Assembly (NCBI RefSeq): GCF_018977255.1
Contig: NW_024705368.1
Span: 1 to 51,355, forward strand
Direction: 5' to 3'
Length of the DNA: 51,355 nucleotides
Source of the DNA: Callorhinchus milii
Lineage: Eukaryota
The position numbers and the translations under genes are program-made. The notes beneath the pieces were generated by a model. It was not told where the DNA came from. It saw only the letters and a list, made by a program, of their open reading frames with translations, and ran no database searches. Positions 12,201 through 27,200 of this stretch are shown piece by piece (position 1 is the stretch's first letter; each line of letters opens with the position of its first letter).

Positions 12201-15200
12201 GTGATGTGAAGCCTCGAGTAAATAGTGTATGTCCATCGTTTGAATGTTCACGATCGTAAGGGGTACATAGACTGACGCAGAACCCTGTACCCATTATACG
12301 TCAAGCTCCAATAGCGGAGTATAGCACGCGTCTTCGCTAAGAGGACGACCAGGCCTCCTCCACTCGACCGTCTCGAGAGGTTATAGACATCCTTTCTAGT
12401 ATATCTTTTTTTGGTGGCTATACGCGATTCGGGTAACTGGTCGACCAAACGACGTGTTCTTAACATATCCGAAACAGAGTGTGTGCCCACATTTTTGGCA
12501 CGTCGAAGAACGCTAAACAAGTTTTCCCAAGGCGATCCTATATCTTGAAGAAGCAATATTCCAAATCGTCCCGGGTGCACCTATACTTCTCCCGTGCCAG
12601 GTTCCGTCAAGTTGCTACTGGATACTGTGTAATGCGTTAAAAGCATACCAAAATGTGACTGCACGATCGCAATGCTTTGGTGTGGAGTGGCGTCTACTCG
12701 CTGAGCCCGCCAATGCATGTGTACAATAGTGAGGCCTACACCTTATTCGTGATAGAGGTAAGGATGGAGATTAATATAGGAATGCTGCCAATTAAGGAAA
12801 AGTTTCAGATTAACCTTATAACCGCTGAATTACGCGGTTATAGGAAAACCACTTTGCGCGATTACTACCACCGGGGTAAGATATGGGGGCCTCCTTATCA
12901 CGTAACGCTATGGCAAGCTATTTTATAGACACGTAGGCGTCGCCGAGTTAAAACTCCAGCGCATCATGACTAGACACAGATAGCCGTTCTAGCAATATGA
13001 GAGGAGTAACCCGCGAAACCTGATCATATCTTTTGATTGTTGGAGGGAGACTGTTGCTATGCTTAATAACGACGTCTGCGGCTTAGGACCGCTCCTATCC
13101 GAGGGTTGGCCTCCGTTGGTAAGGACAGTCGTGCCTACCGCGCGCTAGTTTCTAGACATATGAACTAGCGCGAGGTCTGGCTTCATTAACCACCCCGTGA
13201 GGTATTGCCTTTGTACAATCCTCTAGCATGCCAAGACTGAGTAAATCAACCACTGCGTATGGCAACGTCGGCCATTAGAGACAGAGACAATAGTTCGATC
13301 CGAGACCCGGGAGACTTATTCCGCGGTGTTACCATTCGGGCCCCGTACGGATGGTGGCTGATGTTTCTTTAGATAGAAAAACGCTACCCTGCTGATACCG
13401 CCGCCCAGGGATAGTTTATGGTCTTGAGGTTCTAGGCGGTCCCTAGTTGCGATCACATAGTCTAGTCGCGTTAATAATTGATGGAACAATAAGATATCGT
13501 AAGTTTACCAAAATACAGCATTTAGCGTGAGGTCGCCATGAAGCTGGGTCGACGTGTTGGCGTGCAACCCGATAAGATCCCAACTTGAAGGTCCCGCAGG
13601 GTGTTCCCGTCTTTTGTGCTTACTGCGAGTACACTACTTTGTCGAATTCATTTCGGGTAGAACGGTGCTTCACGACGCACATAGACCCTGTAGCATGCAG
13701 TATGAGGGTGGGTATATGATACTTTGGCGGAATGTTTACAATGTTTTACGCCCTGTTTAGCGACTACTTCGAGTCTGCGGACTAAGCTAGACTAGCTGGT
13801 GATCCATAGAACATACGTGGATACGTATCTTATCGTAACGACAAGCTCATGTCTAACATAATGAAAAGTCTCGTTAAGCTTCCCAGCATCACACTGGGAT
13901 ACCGCAGGTAATTGGAGCCACGGGTCTGAGGTTAGGGAGCACCCTTAGATTTCAACGGAGGACGCCGTGACTATTCCTTGCTCATAGAGAAAAGATCGCG
14001 CCCCACCACGTAGACCGCATGGCGCTCCCATAAGGTCTTTCAGTGTGTTCCGAAACGTTAATGTCAGTTCGTACAACGGAACACCGTAAGGTACGCGGTT
14101 CGGCATTGTGTTCCTCACACCGGTCCAGGCAAGTAGATCCACGGTCCATCGTGTAAATCGCTTGTCTAAAAACATGAATAAGAATTCTCTGGGATGAGGA
14201 CGAAAGTCCATGTCAGAGCTTCCGATCCTGGTTACTATTAGTAGTTGCACGGTGGGACCCCTGGGAATGTATAGCTGCCAAAGCCTTTGCTATTTGTGCG
14301 GCGAACGTGTGCGACCCGGTGCTAAGCAGATATTCTCAGGAACCATGATGCCGACAACTCAGCAAGTCAAGTTTAGGAAGGTTTGAGTAAGCATGGCGCC
14401 GGGGACCGCTCGTAGATTTGCATTCCGAGCTCCCACTGGGACTACACAAGAGGCGAGCCGTTTAGTTACATGACTGTTAAGCGATATAAACCCTTTTATA
14501 CCCAGAGGCTGAGTAAACTGGAAGTCGTGTCGGCCTGATCACTCGGACTACGGTCAGACCCGTGAGAGGTTTATAGAATGTGTTGCGAAAGGTATGACTT
14601 CCGCCATGAAGCTTTATGCCAATAATACCATCTACCAAGAAAGCCTGCTTTGTAGAGTCCAGTCCCTGGATTCCATCGGCTCCGCCCCCGTACGCTCACC
14701 ATATCTGTACACGTATATAGTGCTAGTACCCATAATATAGACTCATAAGACTCTATACCCAGTGAGGGGATGCAACGGCCGTCTCTTATATTGCTAGGGA
14801 CAATGCATTGCGCCAGAAATGTATTCAAGTAATTTTGAGGTAACGGGCCGTCGTCTCCTGGGCGTTACGCGTTGCTTGACGATTAATTAGAGTTATCAAT
14901 CCCACGTTCGTGGCACTGCCTGAGAAAAAATGACTGGGCTATAGGGCCATCTGGCAACTGGCCTGGGCCCGGACGCGAATTACGCGAGTCCTCCAGTCCA
15001 TAGGAGCATTTTAAAACTGTAAAAGTTTAGTCTTTACGCAGGCACAGTTGGGCATGTACGACATGAATTAGACCTACGGGGAAGATGAACCTGCGGTCAC
15101 TCGCGGACTCCAGAGTTTTGACGTCCGGAACCATCGAAGGTTGCCTCAATGCATAGGCGCATCGGTCTGTGCTGTTCTTGCGTGCACGTAGACTGATGGT

Positions 15201-18200
15201 TGGCCCGCCGTCAACTCATGGATCGCGATCATAGGTAACTTGGAGAAAGCCTCGTGTACCTGAGGGGTTTCGGCGTCACGTGTCTGTTCTTTGTTTAAGC
15301 CAACAGGATTTAAAGGCACAGCACACAACAGTGCGTGTATGTAGTATGCGAAATAAGGCATCGACATCTTTTGCCAGTATCGGAACAACTCTGACACCTA
15401 GGGTATAAAAGTCATGAACAATCTCGCATAACGCATTAACAATACCACCCTGATGACTTATTTTGATCACCGTCTAATATCAGTCTCATAAGACTAGGTG
15501 CGTGCTTCACACGATGGTTGCAAATGAAGGACGTCCCTTCCTTAGGGGTGGATATCGGCCCTGACGCCAAAAACTCATCAATAGCAGCCGAGGTTCCAGC
15601 TGTGCATGACGCGTCAAAAGGATGAATGCTAACGAAAGTCTAGGGAGGATACGGCTTTCAGCGTGGTGAACTCTAAAGCCGAGACGTAATTGACTTACAC
15701 CAATCGATGTTAGTTGCAGCCATTTTTGAAGGTCACCGTTCCGTCATGTCTCTCATTAATGATATGGAGGACGTACTTGTGGACACTTCTAATTTCTTCA
15801 ATGTTGCGAGAGAGCTCCTGTTATCGCCATAGTATTCTGCGAAATTCCCGGTTAACCCAGCCCCTTTAAGCTCAGTTGACCCCAGAGGAGATAGTCATGT
15901 AACGGAGCAAAAACAGTTCTCGGTGGACATGAATTGAGCTTAGACTCTAACACGCTTCATGAGGTTCGCAGTTTTCAAGGGGGAGCGAGAAATAGACTGG
16001 AACGGCACATCTGCTCAGCTTTGGGTCATCTTGTTCTAGCTGCCGAAAGTTCGTCATTGGACTTCTGTCGTACGCGAAAGTGCGTAGACCACGGCTAAAA
16101 AGCGCTAACGATCACTTACTACCGTCAAGGCCGCGAATTACCAGATGGTAGGGTTCCTTTCCTTAGGTACGGTGAATGCTAAGAGTTAGAAAAAGCGACC
16201 ACCCGTCTGGTTGGGCGAAGCAGGTCACACGAAGAATTGATCGTACCGGCGAGCAGATCTGCCACTCGGCTTTTACAAATAGTTCTTGGAAAGTAGGATA
16301 TGGTCGTTCCCTTATAATGAGCAGGGGAAGTTCAATGGTTGAAATGCCTGGGAGGCGGGATCCCTGATCCGTCTATTGGCACCCCATTGTCGACCGATAT
16401 CACCTCGGAACCACTAGGAATGAGCGAACGGATCATTTCGCGCTTATGCGTACCGTATTCTGAACTCTTCCTGTGAACAGCTCTACACAAAATAAAACTC
16501 TCCTCACGCGAAGATTAGCTGAATCGGACCCACGTCGTCTACTATGCTAGTAATGGGAAACGACCGCGGTAATTTTCAGCATGCCCAGCTTATCAGATGC
16601 CTTCTAACTTTTAACAGTGAACCCATCTGTAACTAGTCCGCTGTTTGCTAATATGCGCGCGGTTTATAAACTCGTGTATTCGAGGCAGAGCCACGCCTTA
16701 TCCCCGAGTATGGTTGGGCACTGAGGTGACTTACAATCACACTAGGTGCGTCGCCGGCCTTAACAACTAGACGGTGACAGTGATCCCTAACTAACCCACC
16801 AACACTAGGAATGAAGACGGAATTCACCAGACGTAAACGGAACCCTAAAGAAATTCCTAGTGAGGAAGCCTACGCGCTCGGAAATTCCCTCGTCGAAAGC
16901 ACACATTGCAGCTGATGTACCGGCCAAGGAGGGCTGCCGAGCTCTCCACCCTCTGAGAATAAATAACGGAAGAGCATCTATGATAACAAGGACATAGAGC
17001 AAGGGTAAGTACGTGTATCTTACTGCATCAAAGGAAAGACAACGCTAACAAGGACTCGAACCTTCATGTCATCTTCAGAGTCGGGTCATGTTCTCCCGAC
17101 GTGCATAGTACGGCTTAATGATAGAGACGATGTGGTAGGTACGCTGGTACTCAGATTTTCTGTATCGGCCGAACACGCGATCAGACTGGATCACTCATTT
17201 ACCTGGGCACTTCTAAGACACCGAGCCCAGGCACAACAATGTTGATGACTGCGCCACGTCTCTCTCTAGTATTCGAGATAATTACGTGTCCTTATACCAC
17301 AGAGTAAACAGCTGCCTCTCCCACCCATGGGGCGGCGCCACACTACATACTGGAGTTATGTGCCAAAGAAGACAGAAATATCCCTCGGCCCATCCGTGTT
17401 TGGAGCTCATGGGACCTGCATCTCGTCGATTCAGGAGCAGAACTCCGAGATACAGAGGGACCCTGTGGGGGTGGGACCACGGAGAGCACGCAAAGGAAGG
17501 CGAAGTTTAAATACAAGTCAGTTTAGGTACGCGTGGTAAACCTGTTAAGCACGGCAACCACTGCTAGATGGATCTCCCTGTAAGCAGCTTGGCATGCAAT
17601 AGAGACTGCCCGGTAGAGTTTGAATTTTGGGCCCTAGGACCGAGACCGATGTAAGAACTAAGTTGTCCAATGAGCTTTACCAGGCTCAAAAAATAAGTTC
17701 GGTAAGGCGGCTTGGGATCAAATGTCAGCATAGTTTCGCAACCCGGCACGAGCTGCCGCGCTGGAGCCGCGCGAACTTGAAGGTAATCTCTGCTAGGAAC
17801 CTAACTATACGCGCTGTAGATGCCGATATTAGATGTCTCGATGCTCTAATGTCCGTGATCGACGCCGCGAAGACCGGTCGTCTCGTTCTCAAGACACTGG
17901 TGGCCGAATGGACAGAATTGCGCCGAACTGTCCCCTACCAAATATTGCAATAGTCCCACGCCACGGGAGATCTGCTACCGCGTTGCATTTCATACCGCAC
18001 TTTTAATTGAGCATCATAAATTCTAGGAGACTTATAAGTGCAATAAATGGTTACGTCGACAATTAAGTGTCTATTTCACCCTGCCGCCTCTGCTGAGGCC
18101 TCATACCGGCTATTTAACATCCATTGTCCGGTAGTTGGAAGGTACATCGATTTGAAGCAGGTATAGTTTCGATCCCACGGTAGGCCCTTTACGAAAAGCT

Positions 18201-21200
18201 GAGCTCTCTATCTTGGACTTGCCGGTGGTGTGAAGTGTACAGCTAAGAGGACGCTTTACGAGTTGTACCAACAATATCCCCGGCTAGACTGGCTTGTTGC
18301 GACTGCCGTCACCTACCTCGAAATTCTCTCCATTCAGCTAAACTTGAAGGGCCATGTTTTCGAAAATAACACAATGCCGTGTCCGAGATAGGCTCGCCAG
18401 CGGTGGGTCATCGTTGTGTAGCGGCGTGTCCTTACTGAATGCTATGCCGGCTAAGTATGAGTGAACGTCGGAGCGCTAAACTGTTGGGGAAGGTTCTACC
18501 ACCACCGCGGATCCTGAGTATGCAGGCAGCATGATAAAGGGCGCGAGGTTTTTCTGCGACCAGGAAAAAACAGTAATCGCTGGATCCAATCGTTTTTACT
18601 TGGGACGCTAACTAAGCCCTTCCTCAGTAGGACGTAAGCGGAAGGGTGGTTTGGGTATGAGTCTGGGAATTACTTATTTGGCTGTCGATAAATCAGCCCG
18701 GATCCTCGTATGGGAAGCCCCTATGGTGCGTGGGAGAAGAGATGATAACTGACCCATCATCCCTTACAAGCTTGCTGTTTATTAGATAGGCCAATTATCC
18801 TTTTGACCTCCCGGCGTACTTTCGGACGAACGACTCAACGACTACCCTGGGCGATCTCGCTTATCTTATTCCCAATCGAGCTGATACCAATTCCGGGGCC
18901 AGCGGGGAACGAACGTAGCCCTGTAGACTGCCGAGAGACGGGGGCCTTAGAACGGCAGGCTCTTAATCCATAGTTTTATGGAGTATAAATCCCTGTTCAC
19001 CAGAATGGGCTTGCCAATAACTAAGCGAGCAATAGATGATAAATAGACATATGGGCGCACTCAAGTATCTCCATGGATGCAACGATCGGGCCTGTATAAG
19101 TAGTTCACTTATCGTATCAAGTCACACCTTCTTCGATTCCGAGATAGGTGATTAGCAATCGGTAGGGTAAGACCCGTGCAGCTTTCCTATTTTCATGACA
19201 CCATAACGTATAGGCTCGCACGGGCCGTCTCAAGAGCGTGTAGACCTTTAGGGCAAACTGCGACTATGGCGCCTTTGAAGAGGAAATAGATATCATTTCA
19301 GAGGTGCCGATCATTCAAATCGAAGATGGCCCAATGCGCAAGAAGATCTTCGGAACGAGTACAGGGTGGGTGCGGAAGCCACGTATCTCGCTGGACCGCA
19401 GGAACTTTGATCGACGTACAGTGGCGGGAAATGTCTGTTGCGGCTCCACACCGGAAATCCCTGGCGAGCGCGACACGAGCCCCTCCGGTCAGACGACGTT
19501 GAAGCGCTCGGGAAATTTTCACAGAATACATAGCGAATATTCGGAACCGCTACATTGGTAGCTTAGCGAAAGAGCCGTTGATGAGTTACTTCCTAGTGTC
19601 CTTCACGCAGACGGATAATACGCATTGATTACTCTCACGTTTGGCTGAAATCTGGTGACTCCAGCGGACCGCGCAACACATGTTATGCGACAAAAGGTCG
19701 TCCATACGACGCCTTGCTAGCCATTATCTTAGCCAACTACCCTGTATGGCGGTGGTTGGAGACCATTTCGCAGCTCGGGGGGAGCAGTCTTGTTGCTTTG
19801 GGAACCGGCACACTAGCATCGTAGCGCCTAGACGATATGAAAGTGGTCCTAACTGGTAAGTACCAATTCGCCTGTCGACAAACGTATTAGCCTCGTGGCT
19901 CTACCTCACTATGTTCTAGCCAAATAGTGCTTGACTTATCACAATAAAGCAGCCAGCCTCAGAGGAAGTTCTTCATGTTTACGTCCGCTGAGTCTACGCC
20001 GCTCGTACGTCTTTAATGGCGTCTGAAGAGCGTCTTGGCTGGGGCCGATCGAAACCGAGACGCTTTTCGTTGCCCCGCAAAGACGCTACCTGACGAATTG
20101 AATACCGCGCTCTCCAGAAGAACTTACAACGTGTTTAACAGTATACGGATAAAATAGGCGTCTTCTGAGACCTTGGCAATAGCACAAAGACAACCTACCT
20201 TGGTGTATGTCGTTGGTAATTTCTATGGTATGGGTAGTAGCCTCATTTAACTTTGTGCACAGGGTCATTAAAGCGTTGGATCCGGTGCGCTGTAATTATA
20301 GTCTTATCGGTTGAGCCCGGAGTATCCGTGGCCCCCTAAGTAACCGAAGGACTAACGCTATCTTCACGTGTACACCTAGACCGTCCAAGGTTCCATAAGA
20401 TCTAAAGGTAGATCAAAAAGGTCAGAGTTACTCGGCATAACACAGTCGAATCGTGGTCTAGTATCGCTGCAATAACTCCCTTGCGCGCCCTGCACTTATT
20501 CCATACGCCCGAATCGCCCCTGATGCGGTTATATCACAGTACCTTCCCAGGCAAGGCGTGACCCATTTATGAAGGTCATGAAGAGGCGCCTTCTTAGGGC
20601 TCCGTTTTCAGAGAGACGTACAGCGCGGATAAAGTCTGATGCTTTGATTATCCGCGTAGGTCTAAGAAGGAAGCACTTTAGACCCCAGGTTTCCTCTTAT
20701 TTTGGTCTCCATGATTTCTTGTAGCGTTGGACTATGTCTCGTATGCAGGGTATCCTTTGCCGTCTGTTTAGGTGGTTGTCTCGTCTCTTGCGTTGCTCGC
20801 AGGTATGAGCCTGCACGAACGCTTCATCGAGAATTAGCTTGTATAGAACAGTCATCCCCTATGTCTCCTACAATGGAACAATAGGATTGCCCTCTGGGAG
20901 TTCCCCCGGTCCCTTCGCATCTCGATGATAGATATGAGCCAACGCTACTAAGGGGTCGGATTGTCCCTTTAGGTCGATAACCCCAAAACAATTTGTACCC
21001 CCTCTTTGGGGACCAGGGATCTCTCCTTATGGTCGTGAGGTTTTAATAACCACGTGATTGTTCGTTGGTTAGTGAGCCGTGTGGCCCTTCACAGAGGAAT
21101 CGCCACTAAGAGGAACTAGTGCAGGGAGGAACATGTCTTGCTAGCTCCAATAAGTTGACACGAACAATGGGGTGGTGCTGCCGCAGATTGTTACGTTGAT

Positions 21201-24200
21201 CCACTTACCAGCACTAATAATTGTCTTGCAGATGGTTTGATATTGGACTTTACATTACTGCCTGTTTAAAACTCTGTGGGCCTATTCTATTCCAAAGGTT
21301 CCACATCGAAGACTCCGACGCGGACTAGCGTTCATACGAAAACAAACAACGTGAAGCCCACTACGGGATGGTTATTCGGTGTATTTGATGTTAGGACCCG
21401 TCGACTCACAAAGTTATCGATGCCGATTTCGAAAACCTAGTGCGGGCATATTCCTACTCTTTATTTTAGTCGTAATGACCTCTTGCCTGGGGAACTGTTG
21501 ATTCCTGGAACCCTTGGGCGGTCCTTCTTTGCTACGGTATAGGCTAGTGTCACGACACTTTCAGCGCAGAACAGGAACTGAGCGTCAATTCAATTCGTTT
21601 CTAGAGTTAAGCGCATGACGAATTATGGAGCAATTGATGACGTATTACGCTCACGCTCTCCCCTTAACGCGGTAGCTGGTAGGACGCCGACCAAGCGAAT
21701 CTTTATGGCGCGCTAGATGCGCGCTTTCGGATTTAAAGGGGGTATGACTCGGTTATAAACTCTCAAGCGGATGTGGAATAGGGGCATGGGAATAGATTTA
21801 GTTTGTCGAGTTACTCCTTATCCTGGCGTTAGTCGTACACCTTATTATGTGCATATCTTTCAGACAGCATGGCAGCCCTTCATGTAGCTTTAATCAACCT
21901 ACAAGGAGCGAGGAGGGCACTGCCTAACCTAAATGAATAAAATTCCAAAGGGATTATGTCGGAACAACTCGCAGCTTAGGGTCGCCTTCGCAAACGAGAA
22001 GAGCCCCTCATTAGCCGTACAGGCCCAACAGTCGTTCTTCGTGTATACCCGAACCTAGTCAAGAGATTATCAGTAAGAGTAATCCCAATTTGTAAGATAA
22101 GATCAGCTTGTTATCGAAGCCCTCATTTAAACTGTGCTATATTAAAAGGAAGTTCTGGAGCAATCTGTGAAGCCCTCCAGCTCCATTTATTTCGAGGATC
22201 TATGGCGGATCGTCAAGCTTGGACCCATACACCAATACCCTTGCAGCAGGTAGGTCTGGATACTGAGCGCATACATGGAATCAGTGGACCCTACCGCTCT
22301 CCCCGCAAAACCGCTGTCGCACCCATCACGTATCCAGTACAGTACGTCTGCGCACGCGTCGAAAGTGTGAGATAACAAAGCGCCAATTTGACCGGTCATT
22401 AGCTACTTGACGGTATGAGCAGGAATCATCGAGGATCGAGAAGGCCGCCCAGTAATTTGTACATGACGACAGGGTGACGCAAGAAACTACATATTCCTTT
22501 TCGAGTGGCGCAGAAAGAAACAATACATATTTAGGTGAAGAGCTATCAAAGCCGGGTAAACGATTCGCCGACTAACCTCAGCTGACGGCTAGCTGCCAGG
22601 TAGCCTCTGATAGCCCTTACGCGCAGTGTTCCGCCGTATGTGGACTTACCATAGCCGGCCGAGACTAAAATTGGGCGTCTGAGAAGGGGTGATTGTTCGT
22701 GAAACGACTGCGAGAGAAAACATAATACGGACATACGCCATTGGCTACATAGAGCTTAGTTATGCAGCTCCGGCTGACCCGACAGTAAGAGAGTAAGAGA
22801 TAAAGGTAAAACCATGATCCCTATGGAGTCCACCCGTACCTCGGAATAAATTCTCCTACCGACTAACACAAAGGATGGGTCACTATAGCATTTGGCGACG
22901 CCAGATAGCATAAAAATGCTTTAGGATATACGGCTGGCTTGAGCTTTGCTCTAAAGTGTCAGCACCCTTCGACTGAATTTTTTCCACATGGCATAGGCAC
23001 GAGTACTATCGGGCGATCTGTCCCAGTATGCCCGGAACGCTCCCAATCTCTTAGATATATCGCCAACGATAACGTTCTAAGAGACCGCACATAACTGTTC
23101 GGAAAAGCCCTAAAAAGTGTGCCGCATGCGAGAATCAGGTACTGAAGGGCAACACCTGAGGGGTTAGACACGGTCCTATCCTATTACAGGCACGAATTAT
23201 TACTATCGTTTCGTGTCATCCAGTGCGCGTCCCCTGGCACGGAGCGATCATCCGGGAGTGTTGCCTAAACGCGAGTTAACTGGTCGAGTCCCACTGTGAC
23301 TACGGTTGCCTTAAGACCTGGCTGGATGCAAAACTACAGGTCCGTGACCTAGTGTAACCTAGAGAAAGTAGGTAGAGCAGGGCACAGAACGATGGATTTA
23401 CGCTCTACCTACCGATTGAGGCAATAAGCGGCGGCGGCTTGAGTGGCAGGTTGATTAAATTCTAGCATCTAGCAGGTAATGGGGCTGTCCTTTGATCTGC
23501 TCAGGTTTCAAGCGGACAGCATTGCATTTCAGGATGATGATAGCTAGCCCGCGACTCTTGGGAGTATGTCCCACACGCTCGTCCGAAAGATCTAACCAGG
23601 CAGGCTCGCTACGATCTTGGCACTATTACGTGTAATTCGATTACGTATACTCGCTCCGGGCCAGTGGTTGTTGAAAAAAACTGGCGGTAAGAACGAACCG
23701 ACACTACGGGCGTCAAGTAGACAGACATGGCTGAGCATTAACCATCTGCTGATATTGGGCGGGGATTTAAATGCTATTTGTACTATCGCTCCTCCCATGT
23801 TGAAACTGGTTCATGCTCCAGTGGGCGCGGATCCATACCGGACTAACTGCTTAAGTTGTCAGTGGGGCGGGAATTAGGATAACTCTCTCATATCGTGGAC
23901 CTACTCTTTGTTCTTCATCGCAACCGTATACAGGCATTCCCGTTCTTTCTAGATAAGAGTCAACACTGAAGGCAGATAGATACCCACTGTTAAATGTTGG
24001 TGCTTGAGTATGCTCCAGTAAGCCTTATTCTGGATCGACTTCTTCCGCGTCATATCGGAGCCCCTCACAAACACAACACGTTAGGAAGGATAAAGGTAGT
24101 GACCCGCGCTCCAGCCACGTAGTTCTAGTCTTACCTCAATTACGTCTAGTAGCACTCTGGGCCCAGGTTGCTTCGCTCTTTATACAGTCGGAGATATTCT

Positions 24201-27200
24201 AAGGGTGCAGGCTCCACTTGACATACTAATTGCCGGCCACCGTTGACCTCATCAGCAGAGCAATCAATCGACGGTAAGGCTATGCACAGGAAAGATGGTC
24301 GCGATCGTGACGCGGAACGGGACCATAGAATTAGAACTTCGCGTTGCTTGGGTCTACATAAAGTTATTGGCTCTAGGCACAAAGGTCGGGCCGATTCTGA
24401 ACTCTAAAGTACAAAAGCAGTGTGATCCCCGATTGGAGAAAAGGACTTTAGTAGCTGCGGACTTCAGCCGTGTAGGCAGCATAACGCTATTACATCTTCG
24501 TCTTATAATACACTAGGTAGTGGCCCATTCCGGCGGGATGGGCACTGGCCTCCGAATCAGTGCGTCGGTCTACGATACACGCCACGACAAATCCCAAGTT
24601 ATAGCTTAGCAGTTTGATCATGAACGCTCGAACCTCTAAATAGCTTGTGACACAGAGTCTGCCCCGCCGCGGTAATCGGTTAGTGCCTCAGTGAGAGCTG
24701 TCAAGACCAGACTGGAACTATGTGCGCAGATTTAGAGTTGACTCAGGTGTGGCAGATTAACTCGCAATGTTATTAATGCTAAATTGATGGGTCGAGGGTT
24801 ACCCTGTTATCGACGGCGCGAAGTATACTTGTTTTCGTGGGCGTTGGAACCTCTTGGCCTCGCCCGCGCTGATATAGATTAATAATGTGGAAGAATCCTT
24901 TCACCCTAGACGACGTACCATAGTCCCTTTCCCTATAAGGAGATCGACGCGCAGTGCTTAAGGGCCCTACGTTTTACAAAGGCCCATAAATCTTGCGTGG
25001 AGTTTTAAATTGTGAGGTCATTATCGATAAATGCGTACCAGAAACCACCGCTCGGATGTAGAGGGCCCTCCGCGAGGATCAGTTTCACAGACATTGATCC
25101 ATCCGCCATGCCGTCTACCACAAACGGTCCGCGATACCACCGCTGCGCAGGGTAATAACGAGCTTACCGTAGACTGTGTGGAGGAAGGACTAACAGGACT
25201 GAGTAGGAAGTAACCTGTTGATTTCCTGAGGGGAAACGAGTCCCGTGTGCAGCTGGTTATCAGGAAGGCTCGGTCACGGAAACATTTCATCAGCAGCGGA
25301 TACCTTAGAGAGGCATTGGGTTCGAAGCATAAGATGGCGATATTCGGGCGTCAATGTCAGTAACAGACATGTTAGCGCCGCCAATACCTTTGACATTGGG
25401 CGGGAGTACCAGACGTATTACTTATCAGGAGTGTGTACAAACTCGACCTTCCGCACCCTGTATGCTAGACTTCACGCATAGGTATTTCTAATTAAACAGC
25501 CTCTCGACGACCGGATAGAGGTTAGTGAACTACGTGGCCACTACGGAAGAACAAGGAACCAGGGGACCAGGAGGATGACGAGTATTGGCCTAGTTCTAGC
25601 TCTGGACTGGCTGCTGTTTATTCCCTGCCACATCTTTATAGTTCCTGGGATTCGCGTCCCCGAGTTTCTAAGAATCAGACATCATCTTGGGCCCTCTAAG
25701 ACTCCAGCCGGACGCTCACCTTCTTAACGAGCTCTCTTCCAGAGCGTAGGACCTTGTAGGGGAAACACAAGAAGTCAAGCCGAAGAGAGATCGTGTCTAC
25801 TTAGGCTTAGCCGTCCTCTATTCTGGGTCAGACTTTCTAGGCCTTGAAACAATAGGTATCTCGGACACATACGACAACTGACAGACGGAATCGGCAGTCG
25901 CTCGTTGTTACGATACCAGTCGGAGCTCCCACCGACGGCCCAATAACTCTTGCCCCTGGAATTCAAGAATGATGTAAGCGATTCAAGGGAGATTAAATAC
26001 ATTATGAATAGTACGACGGTTCGTTTGCACAGCTCATACACCTAACGTCTTCAAGGAAATGCAAGAATCTCTCTCATAGTGGACGGTGACCCAACAAACC
26101 TCCAGAGACCCGGAAGCCGGACGGTGAGAACGCCCTAAATTGTGACCTACTATCCAATAAAACGGTAATGGTTCACCGGAGGGCTAGGTCGAAAAGGTTA
26201 TCCCGTGATTACGAGGTGGTGGAGTGAACGCGTAACTACATTACAGGTCGTCTCAATTGTGAATACAGGAAAACATAAGGTAAATCCCGTCTATGAACAC
26301 TAAACAGAGCCACGCATAGGCCCAGGCCTCCAATTCCTAGAGACGGCGCGAAAATATGACAGTTCGGATCCGTAATGCCCGTTTCACTAGATTACTGCCT
26401 CACGCATCGTATACTCGACCTTAGGTGATAGTTCTAGAATTGCAAACACAAGGCGAAAGCAAGTAACTTCAGGCTAATAGGCTACGACACAGAACCCTCG
26501 GGGTTCATTGCGCGGTCGAGTCTCTCCCAACAAATTAGATTATTGGATATTAAGAGACGGTCAACATAGGCGCATATGCTTTCGGACCATTCAAAGCGCC
26601 GCTGTTCTTTAAACCGGCTAAACGGTACTCTGGCGGTGCCTTGCGGGTACCATGTTTTGCAGTCGAAAGGTACGAGATCTAACTACTCTTCCGAATCGAT
26701 TTGCCTACACTGAGGTTGATCACTTCTCTCTCAAGGCCGCTACGATAGGAATACCATACAAGCGCAGAAGGCATATTGGCAATGCCTAGTAGGGTATCTA
26801 AGGTTGCCTACGCATAGTAGCCCCACATCACTCTAACTAGTCGTATGGTAATTCATTGAGCTCCACGTGATCTAGGTCTACCTAACCCTCGTTGCCATCC
26901 GGCATCAGTGGCCGAACGTCACACGGTATACTCGTCAAGGGCCAGATTAATGTCTGATGGAGCTGATACTTCTGGCTAACAACGTTTACCGTCGTAGGCC
27001 TCGAAGCAGGACGTATTATCTGTAATATGGCCTGCGTTGTGAGCGAATGAAGAACACCCCTGAGCAAAGAATGTCGTGGCATCGCTATTAGAAACTCGTG
27101 AATACTAGATACTTGTAGGAAGTCAGACGCCCTGGGTGCCTAAAGCCAAAGAGAATAGAGCGACTAGCGGGTGCGATCAAGGTTAAAGACTCATAGCATA